From the IMG/VR virus record IMGVR_UViG_3300020045_011725, positions 1 through 34,460 of that record: a stretch of 34,460 nucleotides of DNA. One strand, written 5' to 3'. Position 1 is the stretch's first letter, and the number at the start of each line of letters is the position of its first letter. The notes under the pieces were generated by a model. That model saw nothing but the letters and a program-made list of their open reading frames with translations. It made no database searches and was not told the DNA's origin. Positions 24,684 through 34,460 of the stretch are shown here, in pieces. The stretch is from a virus. Lineage: Duplodnaviria; Caudoviricetes. Made by a program: the position numbers and the translations under genes.

Positions 24684-25187
24684 TTATTTTTTTCTTTTTA
24701 GGGCTTCTTCAATAGTTTCATAAAGCAAAGAACAACAATCAAATTCCCCGCATTCTGGGCATATCCTATTAGAGTAACACTCATTATCCTCACTTACGTC
24801 TGTTTTTAAATTATTAGACATTATGTTTTTACCACAATTATCACATTTGATTTTAGTATTTCTGTATGAAAAAGCGTAACGAGGGATTGGCCAATGCGTT
24901 ATGGTTCTGTAATTTTGGGAAACTGTGATATTTAAGTTTTCTATTTTTTCTTCAATGCATTTTTCTAAAAGCACCGCATCTATTATTTCTCCTTGAAAAT
25001 TATGACAAATCCCATCAGTAACATCACAAGAATTAATTAAACAGTTAATGCCATCCATAAAAAAATCAGGCAATTTGTTTGTTTGAAAAGTTATTGTTTT
25101 ATGGGTTGGGATGCGGGTTTCTGTTTGCCCCCAATTTTCATTTTCTTTAATAGTAGAAAGGTCAATTTTAATAAAAAAAGTTTTCAT
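24684..25187 (-). CDS. Hypothetical protein with C-terminal Zn ribbon
   Basis: CDNCG...CPECG. Confidence 0.7.
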   Translation of the reverse strand: MKTFFIKIDLSTIKENENWGQTETRIPTHKTITFQTNKLPDFFMDGINCLINSCDVTDGICHNFQGEIIDAVLLEKCIEEKIENLNITVSQNYRTITHWPIPRYAFSYRNTKIKCDNCGKNIMSNNLKTDVSEDNECYSNRICPECGEFDCCSLLYETIEEALKRKK

Positions 25188-25200
25188 TCGTATTATTAGT

Positions 25201-25383
25201 TTAGTTATAAAAATAGTAAAAACGCATAATTAATATAATATTGCTTTTATTATCAATAGGTTCATCTGAAATTAAAAAATGATCAACCGGAACTCTCCTG
25301 AAATAAATAACAGGAGTTTCAATAGATTTTCCCAAAGTATTTGGAACCCATTGTTCGTAATGTATACAATCTTGGATAGTCAT
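25201..25383 (-). CDS. Hypothetical protein (60 aa)
   Basis: Packed in the leftward operon. Confidence 0.5.
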   Translation of the reverse strand: MTIQDCIHYEQWVPNTLGKSIETPVIYFRRVPVDHFLISDEPIDNKSNIILIMRFYYFYN

Positions 25384-25387
25384 ATCA

Positions 25388-25621
25388 TTAATTTTTTAAG
25401 GTAAAATTATCATAGTGTAATTGGTATAAATCGCCACCAACATATTCAGCTTTAATAGCTACTGTATTTTGAAACTTAATAGTAAAATCATACGGGGGGA
25501 GGGTTCTAAACTCTTGACGTAATTCATTATCGCAAACGCCTTGTAAAATGGTTGGTTGGGAATTGATTATCATTTCAATCAGTTCTTGCTTGGTATGGAA
25601 ATATTGGGAAGGTTTCATCAC
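25388..25621 (-). CDS. Hypothetical protein (77 aa)
   Basis: Packed in the leftward operon. Confidence 0.6.
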   Translation of the reverse strand: MMKPSQYFHTKQELIEMIINSQPTILQGVCDNELRQEFRTLPPYDFTIKFQNTVAIKAEYVGGDLYQLHYDNFTLKN

Positions 25622-25750
25622 ATTGTTTTTTAGGTTTAAATACTAATATGTTTTTCACTTTCAAAAAAACCGTATATTTGAATTGCTATGAAAAGTATAA
25701 TAATAATTGTAAGTATCATGGTATTGTGATTTAATATGGTTTTTTAAATT

Positions 25751-25775
25751 AACCCCGGTTTTGCGCCGGGGTTTT
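25751..25775. terminator. GC-rich hairpin, intrinsic terminator-like
   Basis: aaccccgg-ttttgcg-ccggggtt then tt; a second imperfect hairpin follows at 25779-25813. Confidence 0.55.
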
Positions 25776-25811
25776 ATAAACCCGCCAAGAACTTTGCGGG
25801 AAACTTACGGG

Positions 25812-25982
25812 TTATTTTATCTTTACAGAAATATTAGACCAAATGCCATTATTGAATTTATTAACTGCATTACGCATTGCCTTAGTAATTGTATAAGCAG
25901 TAACAGTTCCAATTTTTTTATTTTCGATAACTGTGTTATCATTATTATTTCTAAAAGTTTTTATTACATTAAAAGTTTTCAT
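25812..25982 (-). CDS. Unannotated 56-aa basic protein, first gene of the leftward arm
   Basis: MKTFNVIKTFRNNNDNTVIENKKIGTVTAYTITKAMRNAVNKFNNGIWSNISVKIK; lies between the promoter box at 26026 and the hairpins. Confidence 0.65.
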   Translation of the reverse strand: MKTFNVIKTFRNNNDNTVIENKKIGTVTAYTITKAMRNAVNKFNNGIWSNISVKIK

Positions 25983-26025
25983 TTTGCAAAGTTTTTAATT
26001 AATAAATTATTGTTTCAATTACAAA

Positions 26026-26204
26026 GTAAAGATACGCCCTATTTTATCAAATTCCTAATTTCTTTTAAACTTTTTTTAAACTTTTTTTAAACTTTTTAAT
26101 TTAAAAATATACTGATTATCAATTAATTAACAGTATCATGCTTAAAATATAGGGATTAATTTCGAATAATTTTAATATTTCAAATAATAAAAAATTAATT
26201 TTAC
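26026..26204. promoter_or_regulatory. Divergent promoter region: TATCTTTAC (minus, 26026-26034) and TAATTTTAC (plus, 26196-26204)
   Basis: Strand switch between early and late arms; both boxes fit TAnnTTTAC; very AT-rich spacer. Confidence 0.55.
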
Positions 26205-26227
26205 TAAAATTTTTTAGTAAAAATGAT

Positions 26228-26800
26228 ATGATACGTACCAATTTTAAAAAAATAAACAAATCAAAACCAGGGCCAAAAGGATTATTTGAGGAAAGTATGA
26301 TATCAGAAGTTTTTCAATTAGCCCGTTTTGGACTCACCAACAAAGAAATAGCAGCATTCTATAATATAGGCATATCCACATTTGAAGGCTACCAAAGAAA
26401 GTTCCCAGAGTTTAATCAAGCCTTACTACAAGGGCGTATGGTAGACAGTTTAAAAGTAGTCGCCTCTATACATAAACAAGCATTAGGGTATGAAGTCCAA
26501 GAAACAGAAATATCAGAACACTTAACTAAATGGGGGGACGTTGTCAAACTAAAAAAAGTTACCACCAAACATATTCAACCATCTGTAACAGCCGCTATCT
26601 ATATCCTTAAAACCCGTCATGGTGATAAATGGATGGATATTATTAAAACAGAAAGCACCCAAAATTATAACATCAACACCAAAATAGACCTTACCGGCAT
26701 ATCAAGTGAAGAACTTATCATGCTTGAAAAATTAGGTATGAAAATAACTACAAATAAATTAGGTCAAAAACAATTAGCCGAAACCGTTGGAGAGAACTAA
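26228..26800 (+). CDS. terS: Terminase small subunit
   Basis: HTH GLTNKEIAAFYNIGIST, QPSVTAAIYILK; directly upstream of TerL. Confidence 0.85.
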   Translation: MIRTNFKKINKSKPGPKGLFEESMISEVFQLARFGLTNKEIAAFYNIGISTFEGYQRKFPEFNQALLQGRMVDSLKVVASIHKQALGYEVQETEISEHLTKWGDVVKLKKVTTKHIQPSVTAAIYILKTRHGDKWMDIIKTESTQNYNINTKIDLTGISSEELIMLEKLGMKITTNKLGQKQLAETVGEN

Positions 26801-28325
26801 AACCATATCAAACAGTCATATCAATGGTATGAGTAAAGAGGAAATCATGAAAACCGCTTTACTAAGCCCGCTATGTATATCTAAAGAGTTAAACAATAGG
26901 TCTTTTTATCATTTTGTAGAATATTTTTGGGATGAGTATAGTAGTCATCCATTCGAATCTAATTGGCATATAGTTTATTTATGTGATGAATTGCAAAAGG
27001 TGGCTGAAAGAGTAGCTGAAGGATTACTGAAGGAAAATGATATACTAATTAATATACCTCCCGGGATGACCAAAACGGCTATATGTAGTATAATGTTTCC
27101 AGTATGGTGTTGGACACGGTGGTATTGGATGAAATTTATCACGGCCTCGTACAGTAGTGATTTAAGTTTAGAGAGTGCTGAATATAGTCGTGATTTGATA
27201 CGGAGTGCGAAGTTCAAAGCGATGTACACGGAGCTTGATATCAAAGAGGACAAGGATTCTAAATCAAATTACAAGGTTATTAAAAAATCATATTCCAGAC
27301 CAAACAAGGTTCCAACAATTTTAAATGGGGGAAATCGCTACAGTACTTCGGTGGGGGGTACTTTGACAGGCTACCACGCTGATATCATTATATGGGACGA
27401 CCCATTGAATCCGCAAAAGGCGGCTTCTGAAAAAGAGTTAATAAGTACGAATAGGTGGATTGATTTAACCCTACCAACTCGTAAAACAAATAAAGCAGTT
27501 AGCGTGGTTATTGGCATCATGCAACGATTACACCAAAACGACCCTACTGGACATATTCTTGCTAAAAATAAGACTAATGTTAAGTTGATATCATTGCCGG
27601 GGGAAATCGTTAATTATAAGGATAAGGTAAGACCGATTGAATTGCTTGAAAAATATGAAGATGGGCTATTGGACGTAAATAGATTATCATGGGCGGTTCT
27701 AAAAGATTTAGAAGCTGATTTGGGACAATATGGTTATGCCGGACAAATAGGACAAGACCCAACACCACCAGGTGGGGGGATGTTTAAAGTAGACCATTTT
27801 CAAATTGTACAGAATAAACCCGCGGATGTTAATTTTATATCAACCATACGTTATTGGGATAAAGCAGGCAGTCAAGGAAAAGGGTGCTATACAGTAGGGA
27901 CAAAAATGGCGTCATTGGCGCATGGTCGTTGGATTATATTAGACGTAAAGAGGGGGCAATGGGCAGCAGAAGAAAGGGAGCGAATCATAAAAGAAACAGC
28001 AATTACAGATGGGGGGAATGTTTTGGTGTATATTGAACAAGAACCCGGCAGTGGGGGAAAAGAAAGCGCAGAAGCTACTGTGAGAAATTTAGCCGGGTTC
28101 TCAGTTCACCCAGAATTACCAACAGGCAATAAAGTATTAAGGGCAGACCCTTATTCAGTGCAAGTAAATAATGGAAATGTTATGATATTACAAGGGGCTT
28201 GGAATACTGAGTTTATTGAAGAACATAGATTTTTTCCATTCAGCACTTATAAAGACCAAGTGGACGCTTCATCAGGGGCTTTTAATAATTTAGTTGTTAA
28301 ACGAATGGCTGGGAGAGTAACATAA
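26787..28325 (+). CDS. terL: Terminase large subunit
   Basis: Walker A-like NIPPGMTKT, Walker B IIWDDP, IMQRLH, nuclease WDKAG...EQEPGSGG...DQVDA. Confidence 0.95.
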   Translation: MERTKTISNSHINGMSKEEIMKTALLSPLCISKELNNRSFYHFVEYFWDEYSSHPFESNWHIVYLCDELQKVAERVAEGLLKENDILINIPPGMTKTAICSIMFPVWCWTRWYWMKFITASYSSDLSLESAEYSRDLIRSAKFKAMYTELDIKEDKDSKSNYKVIKKSYSRPNKVPTILNGGNRYSTSVGGTLTGYHADIIIWDDPLNPQKAASEKELISTNRWIDLTLPTRKTNKAVSVVIGIMQRLHQNDPTGHILAKNKTNVKLISLPGEIVNYKDKVRPIELLEKYEDGLLDVNRLSWAVLKDLEADLGQYGYAGQIGQDPTPPGGGMFKVDHFQIVQNKPADVNFISTIRYWDKAGSQGKGCYTVGTKMASLAHGRWIILDVKRGQWAAEERERIIKETAITDGGNVLVYIEQEPGSGGKESAEATVRNLAGFSVHPELPTGNKVLRADPYSVQVNNGNVMILQGAWNTEFIEEHRFFPFSTYKDQVDASSGAFNNLVVKRMAGRVT

Positions 28326-29411
28326 ATGAAAGACCCAAATGGTAGAACAATGATGGGAATGGATGAAAATATTCCTGTATTTATCAAATCACATGATGGT
28401 TGCTTATTTGCTATGGATTATTTATTGGCTATTGCTGATAATAAAATAGAAAATCATAGCAAATTTCAAAATATAGGGTTTTTACCATCCCAAACCGCTT
28501 CTGTTTTAACAGATTTATGGAGTTATGGTGGAACTCAGGCCGTGTACGTATTCCCCCCAGCGGAAATGGGAATGGAAATATTATCAAGTAATAACACTGT
28601 TGATATAGGTACGGTGATTCATAGTGGGACGGCCTCGGGGGGTTCTTTAACTACGTTAATATCAGCAGGGGAAAATTTTCAAACTACTACATCAATTGGG
28701 GACGTTGTAATATTGGATAAATCCGGGGATGTCCCAGAATATGGATATATTACCGCAATCATATCAAATACTGAAATACAAATTGCAAATGGGTTTAATC
28801 ATGGGGGGTGGGTTAGTGCCGGGCGTGCGTATAGTATATTGGACATAAGTGATAAAACTGGAGCACACGCTGTTGAGATTACTTATTTAGATAGCTCTTA
28901 CGTAGAGCATCAAGAAATAGTAATATTAAATGGAACCACAGTCGTGCCTACTGTAAAAACAAATATGTTTAGAGTCAATTCATTATTGGTTATATCCGCT
29001 GGTACAGGATTCGTGCCAACCGGGGCTATAACTTTGCGACATTTAACAGATTCCCCAGTTTATGCTTATATTACCGCTGGGTATACTCATTCACGAAGTA
29101 CAGTATACACAGTACCCGTTGGTAAAGAAATACATATAACAGATATTTCTATGGCTTATGCCACATCGGGTTCCCCGAATAAAGAATATGCCAGATTGTT
29201 ATTTCGCGCAGCTTTAGATGAAAATACTCGTTTTAAAACTAATGGCATCATGTATACTTTAGTTGAGTTTTTAGCCCAAAATAATACTGGCTTTATTTCT
29301 TTGCGCATACCGATAACGATTCCAGAAAAAGTTGATTTAAAAATAAGTGTAATAACATCTTCCAATGGGGTATGTACCGCATCCTTGATTGGTTGGAAAG
29401 AATTAGAATAA
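28326..29411 (+). CDS. Beta-rich putative virion protein
   Basis: G/T/S-rich composition, late-arm location. Confidence 0.6.
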   Translation: MKDPNGRTMMGMDENIPVFIKSHDGCLFAMDYLLAIADNKIENHSKFQNIGFLPSQTASVLTDLWSYGGTQAVYVFPPAEMGMEILSSNNTVDIGTVIHSGTASGGSLTTLISAGENFQTTTSIGDVVILDKSGDVPEYGYITAIISNTEIQIANGFNHGGWVSAGRAYSILDISDKTGAHAVEITYLDSSYVEHQEIVILNGTTVVPTVKTNMFRVNSLLVISAGTGFVPTGAITLRHLTDSPVYAYITAGYTHSRSTVYTVPVGKEIHITDISMAYATSGSPNKEYARLLFRAALDENTRFKTNGIMYTLVEFLAQNNTGFISLRIPITIPEKVDLKISVITSSNGVCTASLIGWKELE

Positions 29412-29426
29412 TTAAAAATAAATAAA

Positions 29427-29621
29427 ATGAAAACAGGAACAATTAAATTTTACAGTACTTCTAAAGGTTACGGGTTTATCACAGATTCTTTAGATGCAAA
29501 AGAGTATTTTTTTCATATCAGTGGGGTTATTGGGGCTATCCCGGATAAAGGGGAAAGGGTTCAATTTTCCTTGATGGAAACAAAAAAAGGAATGCAAGCT
29601 GAGCAGGTTTTGGTTCTTTAA
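29427..29621 (+). CDS. Cold-shock domain protein
   Basis: GTIKFY, RNP1 KGYGFI, RNP2 YFFHIS, terminal KGMQAEQV. Confidence 0.9.
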   Translation: MKTGTIKFYSTSKGYGFITDSLDAKEYFFHISGVIGAIPDKGERVQFSLMETKKGMQAEQVLVL

Positions 29622-29645
29622 TTTTTATGAAAATAAAAAAAGATA

Positions 29646-30002
29646 ATGGCAACAACAACACGTTTAATCATAAGAAAAGGTAATCCCCATAGTTTTAATT
29701 TACATGTGAAAGATGACGCGGGGAATGATTACAATTTAACAGGGAAAACCGTAATGTTTACGGTTAAAGAAATTGAGGATGATTCAGATACCGATAGTTT
29801 AGCCATTATTCAAAAAGACATCACCGTACATTCACTACCATTGGAGGGGAGGACTATTTTATCATTGACTTCTGATGATACCAATGTTCCAGTAAAAGTT
29901 TACAAATGGGATATTCGCATTGCGGAAGACCCCAATGTTCAAATGAATACAGACATGGCTGTTTGTGAAGTGAAAGATATTGTAACAAAACGCACATTAT
30001 GA
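29646..30002 (+). CDS. Ig-like/BppU-N-like structural protein
   Basis: YNLTGKTVMFTVK..GRTILSLTSDDT..YKWDIRI pattern. Confidence 0.6.
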   Translation: MATTTRLIIRKGNPHSFNLHVKDDAGNDYNLTGKTVMFTVKEIEDDSDTDSLAIIQKDITVHSLPLEGRTILSLTSDDTNVPVKVYKWDIRIAEDPNVQMNTDMAVCEVKDIVTKRTL

Positions 30003-30166
30003 TAGAGCATATCACCGTAATTATTCAAACTTCATCTATTGAAGTAACCATTGGGGAACCAAGCCCTACGTTATCTGATTTTTTAACAACGGATAATGCT
30101 ATTTTATTAACGGATAATAGCAAAGTAACGACAGACCAAACTTTTTATTTTAGTAACCAATTATAA
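29999..30166 (+). CDS. Unannotated 55-aa protein
   Basis: ATGA overlap with the upstream stop; MIEHITVIIQTSSIEVTIGEPSPTLSDFLTTDNAILLTDNSKVTTDQTFYFSNQL; three TD repeats. Confidence 0.65.
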   Translation: MIEHITVIIQTSSIEVTIGEPSPTLSDFLTTDNAILLTDNSKVTTDQTFYFSNQL

Positions 30167-30173
30167 ATAAGAT

Positions 30174-30728
30174 ATGGCACGACGAGCAATACCAATTGGG
30201 ACAGTTGCAAATGACAGAACTGGAGTAACTAACCGGGAGGCATGGGAAATAACAAATGAAAATTTTCAAGAACTTTATGCAGATGCCTCTGACTTAACAG
30301 AAGACATGGCAGTATTGGATGCTGAATTTTCTGGACTAAACGAGAACGTAAATAATATTAATAGTGATTTAGGGGAAATTGACGCAGATATTTCTGACCT
30401 AAATGAAGAAGTGGGCACAAAAATATCACAAAGTAATAAGGCTGTTTCTTTTACCCCTGCGAATGGGGTAAATTTAACTAATGAAGGCGGTGTTATTTAC
30501 TCACAATATACACAATCAGGGGCATTGGAATTAACCATTGCCGCAGATTCGATAATTGGCGGGTGGGCCATATTGCCTATCACAGTAGATGGGGCGACAA
30601 TCACTGTAACCGGAGCAACAAAAGACCCTAAAAGTAATGATGCAAGCTCGACTGCTACGGATGTAGATAGATATGTGTTTTGGAAAGACACAATGGGGGT
30701 TTGGTACTCAATCACTAATTTAGGGTAG
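30174..30728 (+). CDS. Fibre/adaptor-like virion protein with coiled coil
   Basis: N-terminal IGTVANDRTG..REAW..NENFQELY resembles the gp9/gp10-type attachment motif; acidic heptads follow. Confidence 0.6.
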   Translation: MARRAIPIGTVANDRTGVTNREAWEITNENFQELYADASDLTEDMAVLDAEFSGLNENVNNINSDLGEIDADISDLNEEVGTKISQSNKAVSFTPANGVNLTNEGGVIYSQYTQSGALELTIAADSIIGGWAILPITVDGATITVTGATKDPKSNDASSTATDVDRYVFWKDTMGVWYSITNLG

Positions 30729-30729
30729 T

Positions 30730-32925
30730 ATGAATGATATTGTTTTTAATGCCGTAAAAGGTGGGACAGAACAAACCCCCACGTCATCTGATTTGCTTTT
30801 TAAATTAGACGGAACAATATTAAATAGTTTAGGTACATATTATTTCGTAGACAAAACTGCAAATAATCGGAACTTTTTAATAACTAATTATGATTTTCCA
30901 ATAGGATGGGTTAAAGGATTCCCGTATAAATCACGAGCCACTATTTCAGCCCCTATTGGCGATACTACATTGATAGCGGCTGATATAAATAATTTTCTAT
31001 ATGATAGTGGGGGGAATCCCAATCAAATAAGTGTTAATCAATTATTCTCAAATGTTGAATTTGCTAATATAATTTATTCTAAAAGAGTTGAACAATCTGT
31101 TAATATATTAGGGGTTGAGACATATCAGCCAAAAGTAATAGAGGTGGCCATGTACAATAGTGCGAGAACTGGCGGAGAAATCACAGCATGTGATACTTAT
31201 TTTAACGCTGAAACTAAGCTTGGCAGTGGCTTTAGAGAAGTAGGGTCAGGCAAAACATACTCGACAATTAACGCAGCAATAACAGCCGCAAGCGCAGGCG
31301 AAACTATTTATGTTTACAACGGAACCTTTAAGGAAACCACATATTTAAACATTTCAAAAAATATTACCATACAGGGCGTTGGTCGCTGTATAGTGCAGTC
31401 AACAGGGGGGACAAACACGATATACACGACATCAACGGCCACTATTAAAAATATCAACATTGATTCAGAAAACCTAAAAACAAATGTTATAGGGGGGTCT
31501 AATGCTGTATATACTTTAACTTTAGACAGGTGCAATTTTATAAATATTCAAGCCGGAATTATAGCCAATCAAACAAATCCAAGGTTTAATATTAAAAATT
31601 CTATTATTTGGAAAGACACTAATACGTTTGCATCAGCTACAATAAATAATAGTACGATAGATACGTGCTATAGCAAAAATATACTATTTGGAGTAAGGCA
31701 GGACAGCACTGTAAAAAATAGCTTATTGTTTGGCAATTTAAATACACAAGCGGCATACATTACATTATACGATGCTAATTACACGATGTACGGTTGTACG
31801 ACTGAGCATAACGGGGTCATGGTTGTCCAGTCAGGGAGCGTTGGTATGACTACTTTAAAAACAAACACTATTCATCATAATATTTTCAATATTATTGATG
31901 CAACCTCAAGCGGTCGACAAAACGGTGTTGCTAATTTGGGAAATACGGCGATAAATAGAAATGTTGTTTTCGAAAATAATTATATATCACAAGTTGGGCA
32001 GTTTACCAGCAATGCTACACTATTTGGCGTGAAAACATTAGATAGTTCTTTGACTGCTCGATTTAATATTTGTTTATCCGAAACAACTACTACTTATTTT
32101 CAAGCGCTGTATACTGATTATAGTGCCTCAGCAGTGGCCATGCCAAGTTACTTAAACTACAACACTATCACCAGTGCCGCAACGAGTGATATTATTTTAG
32201 GAATAGGAGGCGAACGTGGGTATCTAAATATTTCTGATAATTCAGAAATAATTGGGAATAGGATAATAGGCGGAAGCTATGTAACTGGTGGTGTTCATGG
32301 TATAATGGCAAACTGCGGCATAAATATTACAGTAAAATATAATTATGTTTCAAATTGTCGTTATGGGATAGTTGTTAAAACAGGATTACAAGATACATAC
32401 ACAGCCAACGGAGTTTCGTACAACATAGTCAAAGATTGCAATGAAGGTATTCGGGTAAGAGGCGTAATTGGCTTGCAAATTGTAAATAATTCAATAAAAT
32501 CCAATACAGGTATATATTTGGATGAAAATAGCGTTCAAGCCGGTACTCAGAATTGCGCTGATATTGATTGTATAAACAATGCTATTGATGCGGCCACTGT
32601 ATGTTTTAATTTCGATACTGCTGCCGCATTGACATGTACGGCTAATAACAACTATGTTTACAGCAGTTCAAATATGATGACAGTAGGGGTAACAACTTAT
32701 GCTACGTTGGCAGAAGCGCAAAGTGCCGGATATATGAACAACTGCATAAATGCTAATCCTGGATTTGACAGCAATTTGATACCAGCAACTGCGTTATTAA
32801 ATGCAGTTGAAACAGTAGGTTACAATGTAGGGCTAAATATTTCCAGTGTTTTTGGTGTTGAAAATGGCATTGTAACTAAAAATCAGAATGCTATTTGGGA
32901 GTTTGGTGGATTTATTAAGAATTAG
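30730..32925 (+). CDS. Right-handed parallel beta-helix protein (spike/depolymerase-like)
   Basis: VGSGKTYSTINAAITAASAGETIYVYNGTF cap followed by Asn/Ile-rich repeats. Confidence 0.8.
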   Translation: MNDIVFNAVKGGTEQTPTSSDLLFKLDGTILNSLGTYYFVDKTANNRNFLITNYDFPIGWVKGFPYKSRATISAPIGDTTLIAADINNFLYDSGGNPNQISVNQLFSNVEFANIIYSKRVEQSVNILGVETYQPKVIEVAMYNSARTGGEITACDTYFNAETKLGSGFREVGSGKTYSTINAAITAASAGETIYVYNGTFKETTYLNISKNITIQGVGRCIVQSTGGTNTIYTTSTATIKNINIDSENLKTNVIGGSNAVYTLTLDRCNFINIQAGIIANQTNPRFNIKNSIIWKDTNTFASATINNSTIDTCYSKNILFGVRQDSTVKNSLLFGNLNTQAAYITLYDANYTMYGCTTEHNGVMVVQSGSVGMTTLKTNTIHHNIFNIIDATSSGRQNGVANLGNTAINRNVVFENNYISQVGQFTSNATLFGVKTLDSSLTARFNICLSETTTTYFQALYTDYSASAVAMPSYLNYNTITSAATSDIILGIGGERGYLNISDNSEIIGNRIIGGSYVTGGVHGIMANCGINITVKYNYVSNCRYGIVVKTGLQDTYTANGVSYNIVKDCNEGIRVRGVIGLQIVNNSIKSNTGIYLDENSVQAGTQNCADIDCINNAIDAATVCFNFDTAAALTCTANNNYVYSSSNMMTVGVTTYATLAEAQSAGYMNNCINANPGFDSNLIPATALLNAVETVGYNVGLNISSVFGVENGIVTKNQNAIWEFGGFIKN

Positions 32926-32944
32926 GTATTAAACACGTTATAAT

Positions 32945-34345
32945 ATGAAGCGTACAAAAAATATACATATAAATAAGGCTGAAGATTTAAAAACATTAGC
33001 GAGTGCTTTAGTCGCGCGTTCTAATCTTGCTATGCAATTGGGGATTCAATCGTATGGTGGGGATAGAAATATCACGCAAGCTTTAGGTTATTTAGATATT
33101 ATAAAGTACGAAGATTGCGTTGCTCGTTATTTACGTCAAGACATGGCGAAAGCAATCATTGACCGGCCTGTTAAAGCTACTTGGCAGGGTGATTTATGTA
33201 TACAGGAAAACAATACAGAAAAAGACACTCAAATTGAATTAGCTTGGAAACGATTGAATAAAGATTTGCGGTTAAAATCGAAATTTATCCAACTTGATAA
33301 ATTGGTTGGGTTGGGGAAATACGGTGTTTTGTTAATGGGTACCAATGATGTAAAAACAAATGAGGATTTTGCCAAACCAATACAAGGTAAATTGGCATTG
33401 AAGTTATTGTATATAATGCCATTTGGTGAAAAAAATGCACAAATAACACAATGGGAAACAAATCCAAATGACCCTCGTTATGGAAAACCTTTGTTATACT
33501 CTTTATCTATTATAGAATCAGAAACAGGGATATCCAATACAATTCGCGTCCACTATTCCCGTATTATTCACGTAGTTGAAGATTCTTTGGATTCAGATAT
33601 TTATGGATTACCAAGATTGGATGTAGTATTTAATCGTTTGATGGATTTGGAAAAAATAGTTGGTGGGGATGCCGAAATGTTTTGGCGCAATGCCCGTCCT
33701 GGGTACCAGGGAAAAGTGGATGACGATTACCAAATGACTACGGAAACAAAAGAAGATTTACAAAATCAAATCGATGAGTATGAGCATAATTTACGGAGGC
33801 TTTTGGTAACCAAGGGGGTTTCCTATGAAAGTTTATCGCAGGTTGTTTCAGAGCCAACCGCCCATGTTGATATTCAAATACAAATGATTAGTAGTGTTAC
33901 CGGAATTCCAAAACGAATATTAGTGGGGAGTGAACGCGGGGAATTAAGTAGTGGCCAAGATGCTGATGAATGGGATTCTTATGTTCAAAATCGCAGAGAT
34001 GAATTTGCTGGACCAATGATTATTACCCCTTTTGTTGAATTTTGTATTAAATATAAAATATTACCGGAACCATCAACTAAAGATTGGGCAATAAAATGGA
34101 GTGATTTATTTGCGGAGAGTGAAAAAGAAAGAATTGAAATCGGAGCAAAAAGGGCAACTGCTTTGAAAGACTATTTAGCAAGTCCAATAGCACAATCGAT
34201 AGTAACCCCTGAAGCATTTTTAGAATTTTTTCTTGGTTTAACAAACGACCAAATAGATTTGATTAACAAAATGGTTAGTTCGGAAATAAAAAAAGAATTA
34301 CCTTTTCCAGAAGATATAGAACCATTACCAGATGAACAAGTTTAG
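32945..34345 (+). CDS. Portal protein (DUF1073-type); extreme C-terminus may be truncated
   Basis: AKAIIDRP, VHYSRIIH, TGIPKRILVGSERGELSS; late-arm position. Confidence 0.85.
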   Translation: MKRTKNIHINKAEDLKTLASALVARSNLAMQLGIQSYGGDRNITQALGYLDIIKYEDCVARYLRQDMAKAIIDRPVKATWQGDLCIQENNTEKDTQIELAWKRLNKDLRLKSKFIQLDKLVGLGKYGVLLMGTNDVKTNEDFAKPIQGKLALKLLYIMPFGEKNAQITQWETNPNDPRYGKPLLYSLSIIESETGISNTIRVHYSRIIHVVEDSLDSDIYGLPRLDVVFNRLMDLEKIVGGDAEMFWRNARPGYQGKVDDDYQMTTETKEDLQNQIDEYEHNLRRLLVTKGVSYESLSQVVSEPTAHVDIQIQMISSVTGIPKRILVGSERGELSSGQDADEWDSYVQNRRDEFAGPMIITPFVEFCIKYKILPEPSTKDWAIKWSDLFAESEKERIEIGAKRATALKDYLASPIAQSIVTPEAFLEFFLGLTNDQIDLINKMVSSEIKKELPFPEDIEPLPDEQV

Positions 34346-34460
34346 CCGGGATAAACCGGCCTAAAGTGTCCGTAATCCCTAATTCACCCATACCAGTACC
34401 GTCAATCGTAGCTACTAATTTACGGGCTAATACTTTTGGATTATCCCCATCGGCTATCCC
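34341..34460 (-). other. Inverted fragment of a probable head-morphogenesis (SPP1 gp7-like) gene
   Basis: Open minus frame GIADGDNPKVLARKLVATIDGTGMGELGITDTLGRFIPAK running in from the window edge. Confidence 0.5.

Noticed and set aside
25761-26090. 109-aa plus-strand ORF in the track
   Set aside because: Starts inside a hairpin, overlaps a better minus-strand 56-aa ORF and the promoter region, and has a non-protein-like composition.

Overview
AT-rich fragment of a tailed dsDNA phage, probably infecting a Bacteroidota host (inferred from TAnnTTT[G/A] promoter boxes and gene content). Positions 1-26 kb form a leftward early/replication arm: SSB, clamp loader, split family-A polymerase, two sliding-clamp-like proteins, DnaB, primase, initiator with internal repeats, SNF2 helicase and sigma-like factor. 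Positions 26.2-34.3 kb form a rightward packaging/structural arm: TerS, TerL, beta-helix spike and portal. The main discovery is an integron-like system inserted between the replication initiator and DnaB. It comprises a short tyrosine recombinase lacking the IntI-specific insertion, an attI-like site and eight gene cassettes (15087-19638). Each cassette is bounded by its own cassette-specific GTT.../...AAC inverted ends and followed by an attC-like hairpin (seven of 128-130 bp, one of 54 bp). All cargo genes are inverted relative to the cassette so that they read with the phage replication operon. A second candidate novel system is a modification cluster at 6.9-11.8 kb: two radical SAM enzymes, a PLP enzyme, a DUF2156-like aminoacyl/acyl transferase, a PCNA-like clamp and a small unannotated peptide. 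Both contig ends look chimeric. Protein calls rest on motifs read by eye; no database searches were run.
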